Position numbers and translations under genes: made by a program. From IMG/VR virus record IMGVR_UViG_3300012931_000019, positions 1 to 64,000 of that record: a stretch of 64,000 bases of DNA, one strand, 5' to 3'. The notes beneath the pieces were generated by a model. That model saw nothing but the letters and a program-made list of their open reading frames with translations. It had not been told where the DNA came from and did no database searches. This document shows positions 9,738-19,510 of this stretch, in pieces; position 1 is the first letter of the stretch, and each line of letters begins with the position of its first letter. This stretch comes from a virus.

Positions 9738-10142
9738 TTACCTAAATGGACAGTTTTCACTTCTTTCAGATACTCCTATGCTGAAATCTTCTCCTGTTGT
9801 TCCACACATATGATACACAATACTATCTACACGAAAAGGACAATTTTCACACCCATCTTGTTTTGCCTGTTCTATAGCAGATAGATATTGTTCTCTGCGT
9901 TCATCGTGCGGATTCCATCTTGTATCGTTTTGTGTAAGAACAAGATTTTTCATGCCCTGTTCCACCGTAATTTTTTCATCAACTCCGTTAATACACAGAA
10001 TGCTCAAATTACCGTTTGTGGTATGAAATCTATAGTGTTTATCATTAACCACAAGCATGAAATCCGCAATGGACATATGTAGCTTTTCGGTACACCCAAT
10101 ACCACCACCACACTCCATTAAATAAACCGTCGTTTTCTCCAT
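9738..10142 (-). CDS. hypothetical Cys-containing phage protein
   Basis: array ORF with SD; CxxCPF motifs. Confidence 0.7.
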   Translation of the reverse strand: MEKTTVYLMECGGGIGCTEKLHMSIADFMLVVNDKHYRFHTTNGNLSILCINGVDEKITVEQGMKNLVLTQNDTRWNPHDERREQYLSAIEQAKQDGCENCPFRVDSIVYHMCGTTGEDFSIGVSERSENCPFR

Positions 10143-10320
10143 CGTTCTATTCTCCTTTCAAAATCCCATGAATTAATTCATTTATTTGGTTACAACTTTA
10201 CTTCCGCTTTATCTTTACTTATCCAATGATAACCTTCGCTGTTATTCTCCGGCTCACATATATACTGATCTGCTGTTTCATCCAGTACGACATATACTTT
10301 GCCATTAAAGATAATCTGTT

Positions 10321-10659
10321 TCATGCTAACTCCTTTTCTTCATAACACATCTGCATTAAATTAATTGTTATTAAGAAAAATTCGTTAATTTTTTTAATAT
10401 TAATTTCCTTATGCCAAAATAATTCTGTTTCCATTTGGTGATGAAATTCATACCAGTCTTCTCTTTTAAAAATTGCTAAAGCATAATCTGTTAAAACTTG
10501 ATAAGTTGTAAAATCATCCAAATAATCTTTATTAGCACATCTTCTTTTCCAATACTTCTGAAAATTTATGTATGGTTCATCCCCTCCCTGTTTGATGGCT
10601 ATCGCCATGTTCCACTGGTCTTTTGTCATTTCTCTATCAATCAATTTTTCAGATTTCAT
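10321..10659 (-). CDS. hypothetical phage protein
   Basis: array ORF with SD. Confidence 0.7.
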   Translation of the reverse strand: MKSEKLIDREMTKDQWNMAIAIKQGGDEPYINFQKYWKRRCANKDYLDDFTTYQVLTDYALAIFKREDWYEFHHQMETELFWHKEINIKKINEFFLITINLMQMCYEEKELA

Positions 10660-10748
10660 TTTATTTTCTCCTTTGTTTATTATTTTAGTTTAATCATAGA
10701 CACGATCATGTACTTTTTGTCTATGATAATGGCTATGAAATGACCGTT

Positions 10749-10988
10749 TTATCTGCAATACTCTTTTGCAATTTCATCAAATTCATTTTCAATTAAATCT
10801 ATTACTGTGTCTAAATTCATTGCATCAAGCAGACAATCTTTCTCACTTTTTAATTCGCTTTCAATATGTCTGCGTGTTACATCAGCTAAATTTTTATCTT
10901 TCAGCATTCTTTCAAAGTATCTAATATTTTTCTTTCTTAAATCTATGATTGTTCCAACTCTTCCTATTACCGTATCATTAATACTCAT
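10749..10988 (-). CDS. hypothetical phage protein
   Basis: array ORF; stop inside site 10735-10752. Confidence 0.7.
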   Translation of the reverse strand: MSINDTVIGRVGTIIDLRKKNIRYFERMLKDKNLADVTRRHIESELKSEKDCLLDAMNLDTVIDLIENEFDEIAKEYCR

Positions 10989-11021
10989 TTCATTACCTCC
11001 TTGCCTTTCGGCTTTTAATTA

Positions 11022-11294
11022 TTATTTTGTTTCATTAATTAACTGTTCTCTTTCTTCCTGTTTCAAGAATATCCAGTGTTCAGGCATAACTTTCATTTTA
11101 GTATTATCAAATGAACCATAGCAACCGCTTTCGTCTGCTTCGCCATATCCTTCACAGTGTTCTTCACACCATCCCACACCAATTTTCTTGTCTATGAGAT
11201 TTCCTAATGCCATTCTTTCTCTAGCAATAACATGACCATGCCAACCTATTGCTGGTTTACCACAGATTAAACAATTACTCATTGCATATCTCAT
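11022..11294 (-). CDS. hypothetical Zn-binding phage protein
   Basis: CLICG...WCEEHC; first gene behind promoter 11331-11362. Confidence 0.7.
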   Translation of the reverse strand: MRYAMSNCLICGKPAIGWHGHVIARERMALGNLIDKKIGVGWCEEHCEGYGEADESGCYGSFDNTKMKVMPEHWIFLKQEEREQLINETK

Positions 11295-11330
11295 AAGAAT
11301 ATCTCCTTCCGATCTTTCTTTGATAATATC

Positions 11331-11362
11331 ATAATATGCCTGTTATAGTGTATTGTCAATAC
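11331..11362 (-). promoter_or_regulatory. sigmaA-type promoter with palindromic -35 operator
   Basis: TTGACA-17-TATTAT; GTATTGTCAATAC at 11350-11362; A-rich UP element. Confidence 0.7.
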
Positions 11363-11611
11363 TTATTCTGAAATTATTTTTTATTTTATTTAGAGTCTAA
11401 TTACAAAAGATTCAAAGAAATAATTAGTCTCTTTTATTTCATAATCTGCAAGATGTATAGCCTTCTTTAATACATCACCAATAAAACCAAATTCAACCTC
11501 TTTACCATCTACAAATATTGACAGATATGGTACTGGTATATCATTAAATTTAAACTCTCTTAGCTTCATTTTTATTACCTCCTACACCTTTAAAATAATC
11601 GTTTTATCGAC

Positions 11612-11818
11612 TTATCCATAATATTTAGATGCAAATCCCCACGGACTCATGTTGTGATAGTCAATAGCTTCTTGTGATTCTCCATTATCACAACTTTTAG
11701 TTTTAAATTCGTCTTCTGTCATAATCTGATTGTATTTTTCTGACTCTTGATTACAACAAACTCGATCTGTTTTTAAAGCTGTATTTAATGTATGCCAACC
11801 ACATTCAGTACATTTCAT
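11612..11818 (-). CDS. hypothetical Cys-rich phage protein
   Basis: CTEC...CC...C; start behind SD. Confidence 0.65.
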   Translation of the reverse strand: MKCTECGWHTLNTALKTDRVCCNQESEKYNQIMTEDEFKTKSCDNGESQEAIDYHNMSPWGFASKYYG

Positions 11819-11825
11819 TTTTAAA

Positions 11826-12041
11826 TCACTCCTTACCATCCAATTCTAAAAACTTAATAAACCCATCTGGATCATAACCAACTTCACAGCTATCTATATA
11901 TCTATTTATAAAACAATCTTCTTCGTTTCCTAATCCTTTAGTGTCAAGCCAATCCCTTACTATTTTATCATGCTTAGTAGCTAATTGATTATATTTTGCA
12001 CTTTGAATAATTGATTTTTGTATCTGTTTAGGAACTTTCAT
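11826..12041 (-). CDS. hypothetical phage protein
   Basis: array ORF; start behind SD. Confidence 0.65.
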   Translation of the reverse strand: MKVPKQIQKSIIQSAKYNQLATKHDKIVRDWLDTKGLGNEEDCFINRYIDSCEVGYDPDGFIKFLELDGKE

Positions 12042-12279
12042 TATTTCATCACATCCTTTCAAATCGCTGTTTTATTCCCAACACGCACAATATTTAGTTT
12101 CTTTTATGTTGCTATCCCATAATATTTTATCAGCAATATCATTATTGAATGAAACATTAAGTTCTCTTCTGCCAGTATCGTAATTATGATGAATAAATGA
12201 CCCTTCTATTCCGTTCTTTTCTTCAATTTCTTTAATTATCTCCCACAGCATTTTTAAATCTCCTTTCTTTCCAATAAAT

Positions 12280-12939
12280 TCAATATTTTATGTTAATTTC
12301 ATTTGTGATCTGTTCAACAAGCTTGTCAAGTTCTTCATATTTTGATAATAATAATTTCAGTTCGTCAAGCGTGATTTCTCTTTCATTGCCATTATCACCA
12401 CATACGCAAATCTTTCCACTACTCCATATTCCAATAGGCACTCCGAATGTTGTGTCATAGTTCTTATTTTCAAATTTCTTTTTTAAAATGCTATATTCGT
12501 CATGTTCAAGGAAATAGTGTTTTTCTTCTTTTTCGCAATCTTTCAATACTCTATGGAAACATTCGTCTACTATATTTTCATATGTGTCATAACTACCATG
12601 CCTATTTGCTTCAGTAATCCATCTTTCCATATTTAAAAATCTAATTTTACCGTGATGATAATCTCTATCTATCATCTTTAAAGTGTCGTTTCTGTTTAAC
12701 CATGCTTTTAGCGATACGGTTTTAACACTACTATAGTAATCTTTTGGTAAAGATTCCTTATCAGCCTCAAACTTATCAATCAGATTTAGCAGATAACTCA
12801 TTTTGCCATCTTGCATTAAATCAATAAAAGCTATTTTCTCTTCTCTGTTTATGTTTTCACATGAATATATTTTTTCTTTACCAAAATATGTGTTGCACTT
12901 TTCATTTAACAACTTCATTTCTTCAACATTCCAATTCAT
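12280..12939 (-). CDS. hypothetical phage protein
   Basis: 219-aa array ORF, SD GGGAGG. Confidence 0.8.
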   Translation of the reverse strand: MNWNVEEMKLLNEKCNTYFGKEKIYSCENINREEKIAFIDLMQDGKMSYLLNLIDKFEADKESLPKDYYSSVKTVSLKAWLNRNDTLKMIDRDYHHGKIRFLNMERWITEANRHGSYDTYENIVDECFHRVLKDCEKEEKHYFLEHDEYSILKKKFENKNYDTTFGVPIGIWSSGKICVCGDNGNEREITLDELKLLLSKYEELDKLVEQITNEINIKY

Positions 12940-12988
12940 CTTTTTTACCTCCCAAATTTACCTTAAAATCAACCTTTGATTCGGTTTA

Positions 12989-13108
12989 TTATTCACAACA
13001 ATATTTTAAGAACTTATCTAACCTCATAGTTTTAAATTTTAAATCATCATCTAGATATTGAACCGTTCCCCATTCTGTTATCTTCAAAACTGTATATTTT
13101 GATTTCAT
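12989..13108 (-). CDS. small hypothetical phage protein
   Basis: start behind SD AAAGGAG; bounded by sites 12963-12980 and 13133-13150. Confidence 0.55.
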   Translation of the reverse strand: MKSKYTVLKITEWGTVQYLDDDLKFKTMRLDKFLKYCCE

Positions 13109-13158
13109 TTTCAATCTCCTTTCAATTTTCCGATAAAAGCAATCTTTCATTCGCTCCG

Positions 13159-13410
13159 TTATAACTCTTCGATATAGCTTGCATTTTCCCAATCGCAACA
13201 ATTTTCTTCGTCTGCATCTTCATTAATTACTTCCCAATATGCAATGCATTCATTTTCTTCATTGTCTACACAAGATGCAGAATAATTATTACTATCTAAT
13301 ACATAAATACTGTTATCTATTCTTTTATTCTGCACCCCTTTAAATTCTGGTTGTTCTGTTAATGTATATGTCTTACCATTATAGTTTACTGTTCCATAGT
13401 TTCTTTCCAT
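13159..13410 (-). CDS. hypothetical phage protein
   Basis: start behind SD; acidic C-terminus ...CCDWENA. Confidence 0.7.
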   Translation of the reverse strand: MERNYGTVNYNGKTYTLTEQPEFKGVQNKRIDNSIYVLDSNNYSASCVDNEENECIAYWEVINEDADEENCCDWENASYIEEL

Positions 13411-13484
13411 TTCAAAATCTCCCCTTTTTAATCTCGTTACCATTGTTATATACTTTTGGTAACAAACTTCCGATAAATAATTAT

Positions 13485-13700
13485 TTATTGCCATCTACCA
13501 TCAGATAATTGTTTACGATATTTACTATATTGTGAATCCCATCCAACCGATTCACCGTTAAACTGAATAATTTCTCCTGACTCTGCTCTACCGTATTTAT
13601 AGGCAATATCAATAATGTCTGTTAAGTCTGTTTCAGCCGTGTAATATTGTCCCTTGCTGTTATCACTTGCCATCCAAAATTTAATCTCTCTCTTTTCCAT
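13485..13700 (-). CDS. hypothetical phage protein
   Basis: array ORF; start behind SD. Confidence 0.65.
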   Translation of the reverse strand: MEKREIKFWMASDNSKGQYYTAETDLTDIIDIAYKYGRAESGEIIQFNGESVGWDSQYSKYRKQLSDGRWQ

Positions 13701-13747
13701 TTTTAAAATCCTCACTTTCTTTTAATACTGATAAAACAATGTTCTGC

Positions 13748-14011
13748 TCAATCTTCTAAATACATATTACTTAATGTATTCCAGTCAGAAAAACTGTAAT
13801 GTTTAATTTTAAACAAATCATCCCATCCTGTTTGTAAGTGTTTTCCTGCAACCGCAAACATTCTGCCAATAACGGTATAATATCTGCCATTAAATTTAAT
13901 TAATCTTCTGTTTATCTGACCACTTAAAAGATTATCAGTTTCATTTACATCGACTCCACCCTTTATGATTTCTTCTATTATTTCTGCTGTTCCATATCTA
14001 ATTTTTCTCAT
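13748..14011 (-). CDS. hypothetical phage protein
   Basis: array ORF with SD. Confidence 0.7.
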   Translation of the reverse strand: MRKIRYGTAEIIEEIIKGGVDVNETDNLLSGQINRRLIKFNGRYYTVIGRMFAVAGKHLQTGWDDLFKIKHYSFSDWNTLSNMYLED

Positions 14012-14045
14012 TTTGATTCCCTCTCTTTCCTTTAAAACAATCTTT

Positions 14046-14228
14046 TTAAGCTGTTATTTCTTCTGTAATCATTCCTATATATCCTTTATCTGTATAAGGA
14101 TATATTTCATTAAACTTTTTATCGGCTTCTATAATATTTTCAGCTTCGACTATAATGTGTCCACTCTTTATAAATTTTGTCTTCGCTTCATCTTCAAAAA
14201 TATTTGTTATTACTATAAATTTATTCAT
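14046..14228 (-). CDS. hypothetical phage protein
   Basis: bounded by perfect sites 14032-14049 and 14250-14267. Confidence 0.7.
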   Translation of the reverse strand: MNKFIVITNIFEDEAKTKFIKSGHIIVEAENIIEADKKFNEIYPYTDKGYIGMITEEITA

Positions 14229-14273
14229 GATCTTCCTCCTTATCTACCAATGAAAGCAGTTTTTCATACTATA

Positions 14274-14474
14274 TTACTTTGTTTTTGAGTATGCTTCGCC
14301 TAACTCAATTAATCTATCTTCTAATGCATTTAAAACTGCAAAGGGAACATTATTGCTATTCATAAATTGATTAATTGAGTCTTGATGTAATTGAATTAAA
14401 TCTCTCAATTCTTCTTTCTGTTCTACTGATAATTTATTCACCTTTAACATTCTTTCTTTTAATCCACTATACAT
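14274..14474 (-). CDS. hypothetical phage protein
   Basis: array ORF, SD AAGGAGG. Confidence 0.7.
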   Translation of the reverse strand: MYSGLKERMLKVNKLSVEQKEELRDLIQLHQDSINQFMNSNNVPFAVLNALEDRLIELGEAYSKTK

Positions 14475-14501
14475 TTTAAATACCTCCTTTAAGATACCAA
14501 A

Positions 14502-14533
14502 ATCTTACCATTTTGAAATTGTATTGTCAATAC
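14502..14533 (-). promoter_or_regulatory. sigmaA-type promoter with palindromic -35 operator
   Basis: TTGACA-17-TAAGAT with extended TG; GTATTGTCAATAC at 14521-14533. Confidence 0.7.
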
Positions 14534-14566
14534 ACTGTTAATGTTTTGCTATGTTTATTTTTTATT

Positions 14567-14809
14567 TTAGTTCGTAATGTTATGCCCGATATATTTTGTT
14601 TTTAGGATTCCGTTTTCCCAATATGGTTTTACAATGCCGATTATTTTATCAGACTCCCATACACAAGTTATATCTTTTGAAAAACTTAATTCATTGTTCT
14701 TGTCAGTATAAATATAATAGTTATAATTATATCTTAACGCTTGTTTTGTGGCATTCTTTAAAATACTATCAAACGATTCCAGACTTTCAATTTTGCGATT
14801 GTTACACAT
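14567..14809 (-). CDS. hypothetical phage protein
   Basis: array ORF with SD. Confidence 0.7.
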   Translation of the reverse strand: MCNNRKIESLESFDSILKNATKQALRYNYNYYIYTDKNNELSFSKDITCVWESDKIIGIVKPYWENGILKTKYIGHNITN

Positions 14810-14827
14810 TGGTTTAACTCCTTTCTG

Positions 14828-15022
14828 TTATAGTTTCCTTTCTCCGTCTTCTTGCATACATGATATTATTCTACGGCCTTCTGCTAATTGATTTTGCCAC
14901 TGTTCAACCTTTTTAATAATTGCTGGATGAACATTTTCAACATGGAAAATCAATTCAGCACATTGTACAGCATTCGCATTGAATAAATCAACTCCATTTA
15001 TTTTAGTTACATATTTGCTCAT
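14828..15022 (-). CDS. hypothetical phage protein
   Basis: array ORF with SD. Confidence 0.6.
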   Translation of the reverse strand: MSKYVTKINGVDLFNANAVQCAELIFHVENVHPAIIKKVEQWQNQLAEGRRIISCMQEDGERKL

Positions 15023-15049
15023 AATCCTAATTCCTTTCTGTTAAGGCTG

Positions 15050-15289
15050 TTAATTAAACACCCATGAGGATTTAAAAAATCCCATAAAACGTATAAATGT
15101 CTCATGTCTATCTTTATTATAATAAAACATCCATATTCTAAAAGAATACAATATATTTCTTATTGTTGTTCTTTCATAATTTAAATAAAATAATGGACTC
15201 TGCCAGCCTATTGTTAACAGTGAATATTTTCTTGTTGCTGTACTATTAATAAAACGTATTTCTTTATGTTTCGATTTCAAAACTTCCAT
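15050..15289 (-). CDS. hypothetical phage protein
   Basis: array ORF with SD. Confidence 0.6.
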   Translation of the reverse strand: MEVLKSKHKEIRFINSTATRKYSLLTIGWQSPLFYLNYERTTIRNILYSFRIWMFYYNKDRHETFIRFMGFFKSSWVFN

Positions 15290-15316
15290 TTTTTACCTTC
15301 CTTTCAAACTACAATT

Positions 15317-15679
15317 TCATGCGGTCTTTCTTTTTATTAACTTTTCACTTGCCCATTTGCCATAACCAATTAAAAAAGTTAATGTCTTGCACATAGAATC
15401 ATAATCTAGCTGTGTTTTGCCGTTCCTTAAATTGTTCAATGCTTCTAACGATTCAATGCTGTTATTAATACATTTATTTCTAGTGTCACCTTCAGCAAAT
15501 TTGATTCCCGTTTTAATATCTGTAGCTTCCCAACCGTTCATTTCATAATCTTTACCGTCGATATTCATTGTTCTTTTTGAGTATGCTATTTGATTTACTT
15601 CATCAATATATCCATTACACAATTTAACTCCTTTTTCGTATACATTACCCATAAGTTTATAAAAATTATCTTTCTTCAC
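15317..15679 (-). CDS. hypothetical phage protein
   Basis: GTG start with SD AAGGAGG; stop inside site 15303-15320. Confidence 0.7.
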   Translation of the reverse strand: MKKDNFYKLMGNVYEKGVKLCNGYIDEVNQIAYSKRTMNIDGKDYEMNGWEATDIKTGIKFAEGDTRNKCINNSIESLEALNNLRNGKTQLDYDSMCKTLTFLIGYGKWASEKLIKRKTA

Positions 15680-15693
15680 TGTTATACCTCCTT

Positions 15694-16035
15694 TTATGCT
15701 TGCGCTCTATATAATGCCGCCGTGTAACTGTCATAAACATAATACCCTTTGTCTTTCATGGATAAATATTGTTCTTTTGTTATAGGTGTAATATATCCGC
15801 TTGGCTGTCCATAGCTGTCTGTAGGCAAATAATAGTATTCTTTTTTATTTTTGCTTGTTACTATTATTTTTTCTATTGGCTGTTGTTCTTTCTGTTCTGT
15901 GTTAAAATTCATTTCCAACGTTTCCGCTTCTAACTTTGTTATAAGATTATCTTCAACTAAAAGTTTTAAATATTTGCGGTATGCTGTCAATGATTTTTTG
16001 CGGTTTTCAATTATTTTATATCTATCTTGCATCAT
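15694..16035 (-). CDS. hypothetical phage protein
   Basis: array ORF with SD. Confidence 0.7.
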   Translation of the reverse strand: MMQDRYKIIENRKKSLTAYRKYLKLLVEDNLITKLEAETLEMNFNTEQKEQQPIEKIIVTSKNKKEYYYLPTDSYGQPSGYITPITKEQYLSMKDKGYYVYDSYTAALYRAQA

Positions 16036-16048
16036 AATCAATTCTCCT

Positions 16049-16441
16049 TTATAGTTCTATTTTGCCAATCTCAAAATTAACATCGATTTTTGTTGTCGCA
16101 TTGCTAATCGGATTTATACCAATGATTCTTTTACCTTCAAATCTTTCAAATTTAAAAGCCAATGCGTTACCATTCTTATTAATATAAAACCAATCGCCTT
16201 TTTTAAGCTGACTGAGAACATTTATTTTTTCTTCTAACTTCTTTGTTTGATCTACTTTTTCAACAATAGATTCAATTGATACTATAGGAATGTTATAGCC
16301 TACTCCTTCAATATTTCCGACAAATTTTTTCTGATTCAGTTTTACAAATTCTGCAATTTGACCGCTTTTTAACTTTACTTTATCGCCCGATTTTAATGTC
16401 ATGGCAAGTTTTAATTGTTCATATGTCGGTTCACTACACAT
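16049..16441 (-). CDS. hypothetical protein with two internally repeated beta-rich units
   Basis: LKSGDKV... and LKKGDWF... repeats. Confidence 0.7.
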   Translation of the reverse strand: MCSEPTYEQLKLAMTLKSGDKVKLKSGQIAEFVKLNQKKFVGNIEGVGYNIPIVSIESIVEKVDQTKKLEEKINVLSQLKKGDWFYINKNGNALAFKFERFEGKRIIGINPISNATTKIDVNFEIGKIEL

Positions 16442-16454
16442 TTTAAAATCCTCC

Positions 16455-16997
16455 TTATTTTGTAATCAAATATACTAACATATCCTTACTTACTTTGTCA
16501 TACACTCCGTTAATGTCATTCTTAACCGCATAAATCATCATTGATCTAATATGCGCTTGTGCATTTTTCTTTGTCTGTTCGCTTGCATTCTTGCTGTTCA
16601 CAAAGTTTTCAATGTCATTGACTGTTATACTGGCAAAGTCTTTACTATTAAGTGATTCCAGAAATGGGCCGAGATTTACCTTATACTGTTGAAAACTAGT
16701 TACCTTTTCAAAACTGCTTTGGAATGCATCATAATATTTTTGATTGTCTTTTGAAAGGTTATAGTCTTTTATAGCAGATTTACCGGCATTCTCTGAAATA
16801 GTATACTTATAGGTAAAGTGTTTAATGTCAATGTTAAGGCTTGAAATGACATCTTTAAGCGTGTTTATTGTGGTCTGTACTGATTTATTCATTCCAAGTT
16901 TTTCGCATACCTCTGAATAGGTTTTGCTGTTCTTTACCGCTTCGAGAAATGTGTCGCTGTTAAACTCTCTGCGACCGATTTTAATAGTTGATTCCAT
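16455..16997 (-). CDS. HTH-like + phage-integrase SAM-like (core-binding) domain protein, no catalytic domain
   Basis: N-term EAVKNSKTYSEVCEKLG...IDIKHF; C-term QQYKVNLGPFLE...DFASITVNDIENFV...SEQTKKNAQAHIRSMMIYA. Confidence 0.6.
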   Translation of the reverse strand: MESTIKIGRREFNSDTFLEAVKNSKTYSEVCEKLGMNKSVQTTINTLKDVISSLNIDIKHFTYKYTISENAGKSAIKDYNLSKDNQKYYDAFQSSFEKVTSFQQYKVNLGPFLESLNSKDFASITVNDIENFVNSKNASEQTKKNAQAHIRSMMIYAVKNDINGVYDKVSKDMLVYLITK

Positions 16998-16998
16998 T

Positions 16999-17223
16999 TT
17001 AATTTTCCTCCTTAATAATTATGGTTTCCAAAACATCTTCAAGTTTAAATATTTTAGGATATGTTTCTTTTTGTTCAACCTTATTCCATAATTGGCAAGT
17101 GGTTTTATACTCTTCTGGATTAGGGTGAAAAGCTTCTGGATTAACGCTATTACCGTTTTTTACCGCAATGCTAAGTATTTTATCAAGTAATTGTCTTTCC
17201 TGTTCTGTTACTTCAATTTTCAT
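16999..17223 (-). CDS. hypothetical phage protein
   Basis: array ORF with SD. Confidence 0.65.
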   Translation of the reverse strand: MKIEVTEQERQLLDKILSIAVKNGNSVNPEAFHPNPEEYKTTCQLWNKVEQKETYPKIFKLEDVLETIIIKEEN

Positions 17224-17274
17224 GATCTTATACCCTCCTTCAAAGGTAATGAAATGTTGTTTTCATATGGTCTG

Positions 17275-17574
17275 TTATGCTAACCATTCAATTTTTGAAA
17301 CTTGCAAATCTTTTAAAGAATATTCTATTCTTTCTAATTCCTTTTGCATTTCTACAAGTTTGATATGATAAAATGCTTCTAGTTCAGTTTGAAAAAATTC
17401 CTCGTATAAATGAGGCTTTAATCCTTTTAACAGTTCTATTTCTCCCATATTTTTTATTGCCCAATCACTAAAATGTCCCTGTGATACTGCAAATTTACCA
17501 TTAAATACTTTCTGTTCTTCTTCTGATAATTCGTAAATATGAAAGTTTTCATTTACCTGTTTAATATATTTCAT
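17275..17574 (-). CDS. hypothetical phage protein
   Basis: bounded by perfect sites 17249-17266 and 17597-17614. Confidence 0.75.
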   Translation of the reverse strand: MKYIKQVNENFHIYELSEEEQKVFNGKFAVSQGHFSDWAIKNMGEIELLKGLKPHLYEEFFQTELEAFYHIKLVEMQKELERIEYSLKDLQVSKIEWLA

Positions 17575-17825
17575 TTTTTAATCCTCCTTAATAGGTTTAA
17601 AATGCTGATTTTAATGGCTCTATAATTCTTCTTTTGCTTCTGTCATGGCTGTAGATAAATAACTACTTAATTCTTTTGATCCGTCGAGTTTTGCTTTTTT
17701 TAAACTGTTAATAATTAAATTTAATTCACTTTCGTACAAGCAGATTCCACGATATACATTTTCTTTTTTCGTTTCTTTTTTAATAACCATGTTTTATCCC
17801 CCTTATTCTTAAATCAAACTGGTTT

Positions 17826-18011
17826 TTATTTCAACTTGTCTAATAAAACATTGAGTATTTTTGTTGTTTCCTCATTTTGAACAACTCCGATTTTCAATAT
17901 CTTTCTGTTATACATTTCATGCGGTATATAGTTTCTGTTAATATATTCTTGTTGTTCTATCTTGATTTTTGTTGTAAATTGTAATACGTTAAGTAATTCT
18001 CTTAAAATCAT
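17826..18011 (-). CDS. hypothetical phage protein
   Basis: array ORF with SD. Confidence 0.65.
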   Translation of the reverse strand: MILRELLNVLQFTTKIKIEQQEYINRNYIPHEMYNRKILKIGVVQNEETTKILNVLLDKLK

Positions 18012-18022
18012 TGTATTCGCTC

Positions 18023-18316
18023 CTAAAATGCAGTTAGATAAAATGAAATTGTTTTACCTTCTGGAATGAAAATTTTTTCTCTTATACCATCAACATTAGC
18101 AAGAATATAATTATTAGTAATTTTTATAGGTGAATAATACATCCCGTCAAAATAACAATATTCACTGTTTTGATCTGTAAAAATGCCCTTAAACTGTATT
18201 TTTGTGTATTTAATGTCAATTGCCTTTTCAATTAGCTTTATGCGTTTATTTACTTCCTGTAATGATGATATTTCATCAATTACAAGTGTTTTCTGTGATT
18301 CAATCTTTATTTTCAT
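18023..18316 (-). CDS. hypothetical phage protein
   Basis: array ORF, SD AAGGAGG. Confidence 0.7.
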   Translation of the reverse strand: MKIKIESQKTLVIDEISSLQEVNKRIKLIEKAIDIKYTKIQFKGIFTDQNSEYCYFDGMYYSPIKITNNYILANVDGIREKIFIPEGKTISFYLTAF

Positions 18317-18375
18317 GCTGTTATAATCCTCCTTAAACCTTATGAATTGTTCATTTTATTTGCTCTGTTATATGA

Positions 18376-18642
18376 CTACTTGATAACATGCTGATATGTT
18401 GATATATCAAAATAATGATAGTATTTATATGGTTTGCAAGCACCAAAAGCATTTTTGTGTCGTGTTACCGATATACAGTAACAATCGTGTTCTTCTCCGC
18501 AAACATCAGTAATTTTAAAAGTATCTTTTAATACTTTCATTTCTGATAATCTTTCACCGAAAAATTTTAGAGTATCTGCATCGAAAAAATGAGACTCTCC
18601 ACCTTTATTGATTATTTTATCTTTCAATTCATAAAATTCCAT
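18376..18642 (-). CDS. conserved-type phage hypothetical protein
   Basis: SHFFDADTLKFFG motif; start behind SD. Confidence 0.7.
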   Translation of the reverse strand: MEFYELKDKIINKGGESHFFDADTLKFFGERLSEMKVLKDTFKITDVCGEEHDCYCISVTRHKNAFGACKPYKYYHYFDISTYQHVIK

Positions 18643-18706
18643 TGTAAATACCTCCATATAATAATATTATTTATTCGCTGTAACAAAAGGATAAGGCTGT
18701 TATACC

Positions 18707-19303
18707 TTATCCCGCAATCTCCTGTAATTCATTGGCTAATTCGTATAAATCACCGTCAAATATTTTACTTAATTTGTCGGCTTGTTTCTGACATGATTTC
18801 CAAGTCTTTTCTGCTGTTCTGCTGTCTTCATCATAACCAAATTCAGAACAAAATTCTTCAAAAGAATAATCTCCGCTTATTGCATCAGATACAAAACAGT
18901 AAAAAGCATTTAATATATCATACTCTCTATTGAGAATCGGGTTATTTATACTTGCCCAAAATTCAAAAGTTATACTCTGCTTTGTTTCCGTGTTGGTTAC
19001 TTTAACCATATGATTATTGAAATTGTCACTGTTACAATTCCATTTTTTGTTGCCTTTATAACTTGCCTTAATTTCAAACTGTTTAAATGTTGCCTTGTTT
19101 GTTTCCTGTTCTGTATGCTGTTCTTCATTGTATTTGTCAAAGATTGAAATGATTTCTGTTATGACTTCTTCGGGAATAGGTTCAACAAGCCAAGAATGAC
19201 CATATTTATAGCCGTTATCCTCATACAAATTAACAGCTTTTAATGCTTCGCAAACTTTTGTGTAGTCATAATTATTTGTTTCATTCCGTCTCTTTAGCTT
19301 CAA
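18707..19303 (-). CDS. phage early-type hypothetical protein, 5' end uncertain
   Basis: GYKYGHSWL and SFEEFCSEFGYDEDSR motifs; no clear SD at the given start. Confidence 0.6.
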   Translation of the reverse strand: MKLKRRNETNNYDYTKVCEALKAVNLYEDNGYKYGHSWLVEPIPEEVITEIISIFDKYNEEQHTEQETNKATFKQFEIKASYKGNKKWNCNSDNFNNHMVKVTNTETKQSITFEFWASINNPILNREYDILNAFYCFVSDAISGDYSFEEFCSEFGYDEDSRTAEKTWKSCQKQADKLSKIFDGDLYELANELQEIAG

Positions 19304-19478
19304 TAACTTTCATATCTGTTCCGCTATAAACAATCCAGTACATAATATGTACAGCTTCATGCTTTGCGTCATCTTCATCAATTGCGTCAACAGGAATAAA
19401 AACAGTATTGTTATTGAGTTTCATTTCAACCATATATTTTTTATTCATGGTTTTAACCTCCGTTCTGTTATTACCTTA

Positions 19479-19510
19479 ATGTTATAACCAATTAAATGTA
19501 CTGTCAATAC
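19479..19510 (-). promoter_or_regulatory. sigmaA-type promoter with palindromic -35 operator
   Basis: TTGACA at 19502-19507 within GTACTGTCAATAC; -10 TAACAT or TATAAC. Confidence 0.6.

Noticed and set aside
13473-13488. Perfect palindrome ATAAAT-AATT-ATTTAT (also 669-687, 13731-13748, 17812-17829, 40784-40801)
   Set aside because: Wrong spacing, poor arm or too AT-rich; not counted among the 18-bp sites, although junction positions suggest some are degenerate copies
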